From a virus (taxonomy: Duplodnaviria > Caudoviricetes), in IMG/VR virus record IMGVR_UViG_3300035199_000755, positions 1 through 52,337 of that record: a stretch of DNA of 52,337 nucleotides; one strand, given 5' to 3'. The notes below the pieces were generated by a model that was given only the letters and a program-made list of their open reading frames with translations, had not been told where the DNA came from and did no database searches. Every line of letters starts with the position of its first letter. Position 1 is the first letter of the stretch. The translations under genes were made by a program, and so were the position numbers. Shown here one piece after another: positions 9,123 to 17,036 of the stretch.

Positions 9123-10109
9123 TTACCTCTTAAAAACATGGTATCCGTTAAATGACGTGGATCGTACCAGCGATTTACATAAATCCTTATATCCCAGCTT
9201 CGCAGCTCTGTGGGATGCAAGAATTAATGCCCAGTCTTTCCAGTACCCATCCGGAGAATAGGTGGTCACCAAAGCTTTTATTTTATTCACATCAGATGTG
9301 TTTCTTAAAGCCTCCTGAAATACATCTAAATGCTCGAACCTGGAAAACACGCACTTGGGCATTTTCGGCATTGGATCCCATACGCTCTTATTGTTCGATT
9401 TACCATTTAAAATTTTATTGCACATACTAAAATGTCTCTTATATACGTGCAAACTATTACTCATGTGTGTATATGAACCAAGACCAACATCAAGTTCCTG
9501 CGCAAGCTTTTCCTGAAACAATGTAAATGCTGGCACGTCATACGTTAAGCCGAATATGAGATCAGATGACCTCATGTTTACGATCATATGTAACTTATTT
9601 TCTCTGATAAAAAACTGAAGTGTCAAAGTACAAGGAACGTCTTTTTTATCTAAGTTATCACGTGGCGATTTCACGTGAACCACAGCTCTCCTAGAATCTG
9701 GATCCCTAGAAAGTTCATTCAACACAAATTGCCACTGGGAATTATCGCCTACTTTTAGTGTATCGTACATTGATGTTCTTGGATGAGGCTTAAAAATTCT
9801 TGCGCCGTATGCTGAATTTGCAGTTACACCGTCATCAGAAATATCAGACCAGAATGACGAATAGTTAGAAATCCAATCAGTCTTATTATCTCCAATAAAG
9901 TACCATACAGCTTCAGCTATTGTATACCCCAGCGAAGTATTTCTTTCTGGAACATATAATAGTCTATTTCTCGGGTTCGTTATACGAAATGATACGCCAA
10001 GAGATTCTTTGACCAGCATCCCACGTGGACTTGATACATATTCCGGTGATGTATATACACGATCTATTAAGTCATAAAAGCACTCTGTAAATGATTCGTA
10101 TGTTTTCAT
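9123..10109 (-). CDS. thymidylate-synthase-fold dCMP hydroxymethylase-like (cytosine-modifying) enzyme
   Basis: AYGARI, DPDSRRAV, DVPCT (catalytic Cys), MRSSDLIFGLTYD with Asp at the ThyA N177 position, SLHVY; ATG at 10109 overlaps the upstream stop (TAATG). Confidence 0.85.
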   Translation of the reverse strand: MKTYESFTECFYDLIDRVYTSPEYVSSPRGMLVKESLGVSFRITNPRNRLLYVPERNTSLGYTIAEAVWYFIGDNKTDWISNYSSFWSDISDDGVTANSAYGARIFKPHPRTSMYDTLKVGDNSQWQFVLNELSRDPDSRRAVVHVKSPRDNLDKKDVPCTLTLQFFIRENKLHMIVNMRSSDLIFGLTYDVPAFTLFQEKLAQELDVGLGSYTHMSNSLHVYKRHFSMCNKILNGKSNNKSVWDPMPKMPKCVFSRFEHLDVFQEALRNTSDVNKIKALVTTYSPDGYWKDWALILASHRAAKLGYKDLCKSLVRSTSFNGYHVFKR

Positions 10110-11035
10110 TAAAGTCCCCACCAATCAAACGTCATTTTTAATCCTGTTTCAAAATTTACGATCGGCTTATACCCTAGTTCATCGCTTATTTTTTTAACGT
10201 CTGCCAATGTGTGCATTACATCTCCTTCTCGCGCTGGAGCACTACGAACATCAATATCGTTAAATCTTTGTTCAAAATACGATAAAATTTCATTGTTTGA
10301 TACGCTGGTACCCGTTCCGACGTTATAACACGCACCTTCGAATGTTTTCTTATGGTTTGCAGCTAAAATATTTGCGTAAACTACGTTATCAACATGGACC
10401 ATATCCCTTGTCTGTTCACCGGTGCCATCAGACCTCAAATATCGACCATCGGCAATGGCATTACACCAAGCAGAAATCGCTGTACTGTATGGTGAATTTC
10501 CGTATTGATTACCACCAAAAACGTTAAAATATCGTAAACAAACCGCATCGAAATCATAAAGCTTACAAAATAACTGTATAAATTGTTCACAACATGACTT
10601 TTGTAACGCGTATGGAGATTCTGGACTATGAATATTGAGTTCTGGTGTTGGTAAATTACTGGCATCACCGTAAACAGAGCTGCTAGAAGCAAAAATAAGC
10701 CTATCGATATTCCCTCTACAGGCTTCCAGTAACTTAACGGTCTTCATAACATTATCGTCAGTCGTTTGGGCAGGATTTTTAACTGAATATGCTACACGTG
10801 GATTCGCGGCATGATGAAACACGATATCGAATTTTCCCTGCCTAACAAGACTGAGGACACGTTCTGACGCAAAACAAACCCAGATCTTCTTTATATCACA
10901 ATTTTCAACAAAACTTTTATGACCGTTTGATAAATCATCGACACACGTAACGTCCCATCCATCTTTTACAAGCTGTAACACCAAGTTCGATCCTATGAAT
11001 CCAGCACCACCTGTAACAAGAGCCCTTCTTTTCAT
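10109..11035 (-). CDS. NAD-dependent nucleotide-sugar 4-epimerase (extended SDR; candidate UDP-xylose 4-epimerase)
   Basis: TGGAGFIGS, ASSSSVYG, SPYALQK (YxxxK), LRYFNVFG, QTRD.VHV. Confidence 0.88.
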   Translation of the reverse strand: MKRRALVTGGAGFIGSNLVLQLVKDGWDVTCVDDLSNGHKSFVENCDIKKIWVCFASERVLSLVRQGKFDIVFHHAANPRVAYSVKNPAQTTDDNVMKTVKLLEACRGNIDRLIFASSSSVYGDASNLPTPELNIHSPESPYALQKSCCEQFIQLFCKLYDFDAVCLRYFNVFGGNQYGNSPYSTAISAWCNAIADGRYLRSDGTGEQTRDMVHVDNVVYANILAANHKKTFEGACYNVGTGTSVSNNEILSYFEQRFNDIDVRSAPAREGDVMHTLADVKKISDELGYKPIVNFETGLKMTFDWWGL

Positions 11036-11044
11036 TATATACTC

Positions 11045-12106
11045 CTATAAATTTAAAAATGCTTCTCGACCTGTTTTAGCAACATCTTCCAAAAAACTAG
11101 CTGCAAATTCAACACTAAAATCGTATTTTGACATGAGCGCCATCTTTTGTTCCTGAATTATTTCACTACGTTGCTCAAACGTAAGTTTCGATAACTTAAC
11201 GACGTTAGAAATAACGTCAACTTCTGAGGATACACACCACTTTTTTCCAAGAATGTCGTTCACCAAAAACTCTTCAGGAACCATACCGGGTGTGCCTACA
11301 ACAATGTTTTCAAAATATCTCGCAGTTACAAACCCCTGGTGCGAGTATCTATCTTTTGTAATATGCGTTGTGCAAATAAATTTGCTTAACTTTACCATAG
11401 ATTCATAGAAAGATACCCTGTCACAGAATGATACAAACTTGCTGTTTTTTATTAATTCCTCTGGAGGTGGCCGCTCTGGGGAACGTTGTAGCCAGTTTCC
11501 CCATACTTTCGATTGTATTCCACGATGACGTAATCCCTTTGCAACGTTGGAATAATACTTCGAAAACTGATATTCTCTCTCATAATTGTTTCCAACGTAA
11601 CCATATTCTGGTAGAACATAATCTGGTTTTATAAGTTGTTTAAAGTCGGTCCAGAACATGAACGAACGACGGGGTAACGTAAATTCGCAAGGCTTAAATG
11701 TCGGTTCTACGATAAGCATTTCTGGCCACTGCTTTTCATCATTAGATGTAATTTTTAAATCGGCATCCCAAACAATAACCGGTATTTTACCGTGATAATA
11801 ATTTAGTAACTCAAGCTGTCTATCATAATCTGGTTCAAATTTCGCTGGACCATAATTTTTATAAGTTGGCCAACGCCATTCAATAAACAACAAATCTAAA
11901 TCTGGGAAACGACTATCCGCGTATATCAATCCTGGGTATGCAATTTGCTCCCTCTTTTTTTGCATAGAGTATACAACGTGATTTCTATCTAAAAGTTCCT
12001 GCACCAATAGGGGCCTACCGTACCTATGACCGTCAGGTGTATTGGCAGTTTTACATTGATCGAACGATTCACAAAATCCCCAATAACTGATACCGATATT
12101 AGACAT
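11045..12106 (-). CDS. GT-B glycosyltransferase resembling T4 DNA beta-glucosyltransferase
   Basis: WDADLKI, YGYVGNNYERE, VWGNW and FVTARYFE...GMVPEEF align by eye with T4 BGT FTDIRL, IYGGSFRSGQRE, FFGNA and FITLRVWE...MLIDEEF. Confidence 0.75.
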   Translation of the reverse strand: MSNIGISYWGFCESFDQCKTANTPDGHRYGRPLLVQELLDRNHVVYSMQKKREQIAYPGLIYADSRFPDLDLLFIEWRWPTYKNYGPAKFEPDYDRQLELLNYYHGKIPVIVWDADLKITSNDEKQWPEMLIVEPTFKPCEFTLPRRSFMFWTDFKQLIKPDYVLPEYGYVGNNYEREYQFSKYYSNVAKGLRHRGIQSKVWGNWLQRSPERPPPEELIKNSKFVSFCDRVSFYESMVKLSKFICTTHITKDRYSHQGFVTARYFENIVVGTPGMVPEEFLVNDILGKKWCVSSEVDVISNVVKLSKLTFEQRSEIIQEQKMALMSKYDFSVEFAASFLEDVAKTGREAFLNL

Positions 12107-12634
12107 TTATTTTTCCTCCACAAAATCTAAAATTTCAGTTAATTCTCTATCTAAATTTTCATCATCGACATTTAACGATAAAACGTCGCACGAAGTCCAA
12201 CTTTTAAAATTTTCATAACCGTTATGAACGCTATTTAAAAATGACTCATCAATAATATCAAATTGGTCAATAACGTTATTATAAAAACTCCTGTGTAAAA
12301 GTACTATCTTTACAGACATTTGCTTACACATCGTATCAATAGATTTTAATACATTAAAATCTGTTTCTCGACCGCACATGGGGCCGTACACATACTCTGA
12401 CGGATATGCCCTGTCGAGTATAACGGACGTATTAGTTTGTTGAATAAACTCAAGTAGATAGGGTAACGAGTATTTTGTGGTATTTAAAAACCATGTACCT
12501 TCATCAAGTTCTTCAAAATGTTTCCATTCACCAGCGCTTTTAAACACCGGTATCGATAATTTTTTACTCAGGGCATTTGCGATATTCGTTTTACCACACC
12601 CATCTGGTCCTTCAAGTATTATAACTGTCGTCAT
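12107..12634 (-). CDS. dNMP kinase (thymidylate-kinase-like; candidate modified-dCMP kinase)
   Basis: IILEGPDGCGKT P-loop, ILDRAYPSEYVYG. Confidence 0.85.
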   Translation of the reverse strand: MTTVIILEGPDGCGKTNIANALSKKLSIPVFKSAGEWKHFEELDEGTWFLNTTKYSLPYLLEFIQQTNTSVILDRAYPSEYVYGPMCGRETDFNVLKSIDTMCKQMSVKIVLLHRSFYNNVIDQFDIIDESFLNSVHNGYENFKSWTSCDVLSLNVDDENLDRELTEILDFVEEK

Positions 12635-13728
12635 TATTCTAACTCCGTAGATACTCTTTTTAAGGATGAAGCAATTACTTGATCCATGTCATAATACTTG
12701 TAATCAGCTAGTCGACCACCAAAGACATAGTTTGAAAGTTTATCCGCTTCATTTTTGTATAGCTTAAACAACTCATTGTTTCGTTTATCGTTTATGGGAT
12801 AATACGGCGTTTTACTTCGTGTATATTCGACCGGTGTCTCAGTTGTTACGACCGTCTTCTTTGACTTTACCCCGTCAAAAAACTTATGTTCGATTGTTCT
12901 TGTGTGGGGTACATCAATAGAAGTATGATTGATTGTTACGACGCCTTGAAAATTCTCGGTGTCGTGGATCTTATGATCGAACCTCAATGCTCTATACTCT
13001 AAATCGCCATATTCATAACCAAAAAATTCATCCAATTTACCCGTATAGACAACCTTGGTAGCAATACTCTCGAAATACTTACGATCAGAAAAAAAATCCA
13101 CATCGAACTCAATCGGAATACCATCAAGCAGCTTATCAAATATTTTTGTATAGCCCCCAATTGGAATACCACAAAATTTATCGTTATAATAATTTGCGTC
13201 GAATGTTAACCTAAATGGTAGGCGCTTAATAATAAAACTAGGTAGCTCACTTGGATGTTTCATCCAGTGTTTTTCTGTATATCCACAAATTAACTTTTCA
13301 TAGACGTCCTTTCCTAACGCCGACAAAGCAAATTCTTCGAGGTTTTTTGGATTATCAAAATGAACCCTCGTTTCTTCTATTTTTTGAAGAGCCTCCGCTG
13401 GAGTTTTTACACCCCACAACTGATGAAACGTCCACATATTAAATGGTAAAGAATAAAATTCATCGTGATATTTCGCAATCGGAGAATAAATAAATTGCTT
13501 AAATTCTACTAGGTTATTTACATATTTCCATATTTTATCGCTGCTGGTGTGAAATATATGGGGACCATATACATGAACGTTTACCCCTTCAACGTTTTTT
13601 GTGTATGCATTCCCACCAATGTGAGGACGTTTTTCTAATACTAAACATTTTTTTCCATTTTTACTTGCCTCGTGAGCAAAAACTGACCCAAAAAATCCTG
13701 CGCCAACGATTACGTAATCATACATCAT
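12634..13728 (-). CDS. glf: UDP-galactopyranose mutase family flavoenzyme
   Basis: IVGAGFFG FAD motif, HIGGNAY, YGPHIFHT, YSLPFN, RTIEHK, PYYP, GRLADYKYYDMDQ. Confidence 0.95.
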   Translation of the reverse strand: MMYDYVIVGAGFFGSVFAHEASKNGKKCLVLEKRPHIGGNAYTKNVEGVNVHVYGPHIFHTSSDKIWKYVNNLVEFKQFIYSPIAKYHDEFYSLPFNMWTFHQLWGVKTPAEALQKIEETRVHFDNPKNLEEFALSALGKDVYEKLICGYTEKHWMKHPSELPSFIIKRLPFRLTFDANYYNDKFCGIPIGGYTKIFDKLLDGIPIEFDVDFFSDRKYFESIATKVVYTGKLDEFFGYEYGDLEYRALRFDHKIHDTENFQGVVTINHTSIDVPHTRTIEHKFFDGVKSKKTVVTTETPVEYTRSKTPYYPINDKRNNELFKLYKNEADKLSNYVFGGRLADYKYYDMDQVIASSLKRVSTELE

Positions 13729-14710
13729 TACCTAATATACCCTTAAAATATTTTATTGTTTTAACTAATCCCGCCTCTAAGTCTATTTTAGGATACCACT
13801 CAAGATATTTCACAGCTTTATCTATATTCGGCCTTCTTTGTGTTGGATCATCAACGGGTAAGGGTTTGTAGGTTATCTCTGACGTCGATCCCATCAATTT
13901 CTTTATCATCGCTGCAAGCTCGATCATCGTATGCTCAGTCGGATTGCCGATATTAATAGGGGTTGAGCAAGAAACATTCGTTAAGTTCATTAATGAAATA
14001 AGGCCGCGGATTTGATCATCTACATAGCAAAAACTACGTGTTTGTTTTCCGTCGCCGAACATCGTTATATTTTTATTGCGAAAACATTGATATATTAAAT
14101 TACTAACGACTCTGCCATCATCTGGATCCATATAAGGACCGTATGTGTTAAAGATTCTTGCGACTCGAATATCCAACCCTTCTGTCCTAGCATAATCATA
14201 GCATAACGATTCAGCCGCCCTCTTTCCCTCATCATAACATGCTCGAGGACCTATGGAATTCACATTCCCACGATATTCTTCTCTTTGTGGATGCAATAAT
14301 GGATCACCGTATATTTCCGACGTAGAAGTAAAAAGCAATCGAGCGTTATACCTCAAAGCAAGTTTACATACGTTATTTGTTCCAACAACCGATGTTAACA
14401 TTGTCTTTATTGGATCCTGCTGATACTTTGGGGGAGATGCAGGACAGGCAAGGTGATATATCTGGTCAACTCCGTCAGGAAAGTGGCGTTTAACAAGTAT
14501 ACTATTAGAAATCTGAGGTGATGTTACATCATCGCTAAAGTACCTAAAGCGATGATCCGTAAGGGCCAATTGTTTAACTTCATTATATCGATTATTGGTT
14601 GAAAAATTATCTATGCAGACGACCTTATTAACTGGTCCCTCTAATAATTTTTTACATAAATTCCACCCTAAAAAACCTGCTCCACCTGTTACAATAACAT
14701 TAATTCCCAT
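13718..14710 (-). CDS. uxs: UDP-glucuronate decarboxylase (UDP-xylose synthase)
   Basis: YHLACPASP, TSTSEIYGDP..HPQ.E.Y.GNVN.IGPRACYDEGKR, DDGRVVSN, QTRSFCYVDD, DDP..RRP. Confidence 0.93.
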   Translation of the reverse strand: MGINVIVTGGAGFLGWNLCKKLLEGPVNKVVCIDNFSTNNRYNEVKQLALTDHRFRYFSDDVTSPQISNSILVKRHFPDGVDQIYHLACPASPPKYQQDPIKTMLTSVVGTNNVCKLALRYNARLLFTSTSEIYGDPLLHPQREEYRGNVNSIGPRACYDEGKRAAESLCYDYARTEGLDIRVARIFNTYGPYMDPDDGRVVSNLIYQCFRNKNITMFGDGKQTRSFCYVDDQIRGLISLMNLTNVSCSTPINIGNPTEHTMIELAAMIKKLMGSTSEITYKPLPVDDPTQRRPNIDKAVKYLEWYPKIDLEAGLVKTIKYFKGILGNDV

Positions 14711-14716
14711 AACATT

Positions 14717-14745
14717 ATTATAATTCAGGAGGCCGCTTTAGTACA
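14717..14745 (-). promoter_or_regulatory. sigma70-like promoter TGTACT-N17-TATAAT driving the uxs operon
   Basis: Consensus -10 at 14717-14722, 6 nt before the ATG; no SD, so probably leaderless. Confidence 0.6.
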
Positions 14746-14759
14746 ACCGAATCTCTATG

Positions 14760-15833
14760 TTAATTCATTCCACCGAACAACGTAAGCGCTATAAGGCCCG
14801 GTGCTTTATCATTGATATAGATTCCAGAAAACAGCGTCTGAGTTCTACCACCTACATAAGACATAGCAGATTCTAATCGCTTACTAACGTCTGGATTTGA
14901 TGCCATATCAGATGTAACAAGCAATAACAACACACCCGTCTCAGGATTGTTTGTGGGTGCAAGACACGGAGATCCTCTTAAACACCCCTGGAATACAATC
15001 GAGCCTAAGTCTAATGATGATGGATCCTTTACTACGGTGCTACCCAGGAACATACGTCCGTTGGTGCTTAAGCACCTTTCAAGATCCTTTGAATCAAATG
15101 TTTGAATTTCTGAGCTCTGAGCTGCGAATTTTAGCACCTGCCAGAATAGCTTCGCAAATGTCATGTTTGCGGCAGGATACATGTTTAACATTCCGACTTT
15201 ACCCCTAAGCAACTGTAACTGCTTCTCGTTATCAACAATGATGTGGGGATGGTTTCTAACATCGTTTAACACATTAGCGTAATTATTTCCGATAGTCGGA
15301 TTTAACAGTTCCTGCGCTGATGGTTTACTGACGATATACACAACTTTACCTGCGGCTCCAGACGATTCCATAAACCGCGACATACAACCATGAAGTGCAT
15401 GGGATGCGCTTCCTGTACCGCCGCCACCGCCGGCGAGGACGAATAACCAATCGACTTTTCCAAACCTCGCCCTTAAAGCGTCCTCAACCATAGCGCTATT
15501 TTCGCTTAAAATCTTCTTTCCCAGCTGAACATCTTTACCAACACCATCGGCGCCTGGTAACAGTAAGAAGTGCGCAGGATCCAAGCCACCTGGTTGATCC
15601 TTGGTTGTTGTATTTACCAAAAAAGTTTTTGTAAAACCTAAATCAAGAAATGCTTTGGCGAGCTTTCCGCCGCCTCCTCCGACGCCTAGAAAACCGCAAT
15701 TAATTGCTGATTGAGCTGAATTTTCCGGTAACATGCGTTCATCTTGGGCTGTCGGTTCATCATCATAATTTCCTAAGAAATCAAAATCATCATCGACTGG
15801 ATTAATATACGCATCATCATTGCCTGTACTCAT
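14760..15833 (-). CDS. tubulin/FtsZ-family GTPase (PhuZ-like)
   Basis: GVGGGGGK, VNTT..D, GVGKD..LG, GGGGGTGS signature, VDN, FDSKD T7-like loop; AGGAG SD. Confidence 0.85.
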   Translation of the reverse strand: MSTGNDDAYINPVDDDFDFLGNYDDEPTAQDERMLPENSAQSAINCGFLGVGGGGGKLAKAFLDLGFTKTFLVNTTTKDQPGGLDPAHFLLLPGADGVGKDVQLGKKILSENSAMVEDALRARFGKVDWLFVLAGGGGGTGSASHALHGCMSRFMESSGAAGKVVYIVSKPSAQELLNPTIGNNYANVLNDVRNHPHIIVDNEKQLQLLRGKVGMLNMYPAANMTFAKLFWQVLKFAAQSSEIQTFDSKDLERCLSTNGRMFLGSTVVKDPSSLDLGSIVFQGCLRGSPCLAPTNNPETGVLLLLVTSDMASNPDVSKRLESAMSYVGGRTQTLFSGIYINDKAPGLIALTLFGGMN

Positions 15834-15910
15834 TATAAACTCTCCTATAAACCACGATTATATTATTAGTCATTCATAAATATACGTAAAACAAACTAAC
15901 GTATCTATTA

Positions 15911-16978
15911 CTAATAGGTTTCAAATTCCCAGACCGACACTAGATCAACATCGTTTGGGTTGTTAGTTGGATTAAGACTTAAGCCCACGATATTACCCTC
16001 AGAAAAAGACGCGTCGTGATCAAATTCAAATTCGTATGATGTATTCGCAGACGCCATATCCACGGTCACTGTTGCGGTTGCGCTCGTATCAAGGTTTGCA
16101 TTTCCATCCGTGTTTTTATGTAGGGCAATTGCAGTAGAGCCGGCTGCGTTGGTTGATCTAGCAATGACTTTAATTAGCACTCCGTCATACGGCACAACAA
16201 ATTTATTGTTTACGCCGGGCGATGCATTTTGTCCGGTCTGATTAAACCTTATATACGCTTGGCCTGTACCTGCAGAATCATATTTGTGGGTATGGATGTG
16301 TTTTTGTTTTGCCCAAAGACTACCAGATATAACAACGTCGCCGCCGAATACCGAGGTTCCCCTTGTAACACTGTTCCTTGAGTCTATTGTTCCTGAAACG
16401 AAGAATGCGGTGTCACCTCCCGGCTCAACATTTTCCGTACCTGCTTTACTGCTGAGGATTATTAAATCGGCATTCGCTTCTAGTAGAGTGGTTTCAGCTT
16501 CAGAATCATACCCACCATATAACACACCAGACACGACCAAGTCTCCACCAAAAACAGAGGTGCCTTTTGTTCCCGAGTCCTTTGATTCTATTGCTCCTGA
16601 AACGAAGAATAGGGTGTCACTTGCCGGTTCAGCATTATGGGAACCTTCCTGACTACTGACAACAATCTGGTCGGCATTAAACTCTAGAAATGTTCCGTTG
16701 GCTTCATTGTCAAATCCACCATATAATACGCCAGATATGACTAAATCACCACCAAAGACGGAAGTACCTGTATAATCCTTACCCTCGTCTTGGCCTTCGC
16801 CCGTGGTGCTGCCTGATACGTAGAATACACTGTCGATACCAACATCGGTGGGAATTCTAGGAAAATCCCCTGAGTCTGATACGTTCGCAATAATTATGCT
16901 TCCAGTAAGACCTATTTCAGAACCGTGTTCACCGTCCTGATCTATTGATCCTGATATTTGACTTGAAACTAAACCCAA
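15911..16978 (-). CDS. tail fibre / virion appendage protein
   Basis: Three F.VSG...VFGGD.V.SG repeats, C-terminal beta-sandwich; TTG start with GGGG SD. Confidence 0.7.
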   Translation of the reverse strand: MGLVSSQISGSIDQDGEHGSEIGLTGSIIIANVSDSGDFPRIPTDVGIDSVFYVSGSTTGEGQDEGKDYTGTSVFGGDLVISGVLYGGFDNEANGTFLEFNADQIVVSSQEGSHNAEPASDTLFFVSGAIESKDSGTKGTSVFGGDLVVSGVLYGGYDSEAETTLLEANADLIILSSKAGTENVEPGGDTAFFVSGTIDSRNSVTRGTSVFGGDVVISGSLWAKQKHIHTHKYDSAGTGQAYIRFNQTGQNASPGVNNKFVVPYDGVLIKVIARSTNAAGSTAIALHKNTDGNANLDTSATATVTVDMASANTSYEFEFDHDASFSEGNIVGLSLNPTNNPNDVDLVSVWEFETY

Positions 16979-17002
16979 AGTTCATTTCCCCTATTAATAA
17001 GA

Positions 17003-17028
17003 TGTGGGGAGGGAGACCCCTCCCCGCA
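17003..17028 (-). terminator. GC-rich hairpin, likely terminator or mRNA stabiliser
   Basis: TGTGGGGAGGG-AGAC-CCCTCCCCGCA inverted repeat in the 58-bp gap, followed on the minus strand by TCTTATT. Confidence 0.55.
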
Positions 17029-17036
17029 CCAAATAA

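Noticed and set aside
9123-10124. Calling this gene canonical thyA
   Set aside because: It has Asp at the dUMP-specificity position, lacks the LPPCH motif, sits with a kinase and GT, and thyX is present.
10109-14710. O-antigen/capsule or virion-glycosylation locus
   Set aside because: There is no flippase, polymerase or multiple GTs; the sugar genes are interleaved and translationally coupled with a dNMP kinase and TS homolog, and the sole GT resembles a DNA glucosyltransferase. Not fully excluded.
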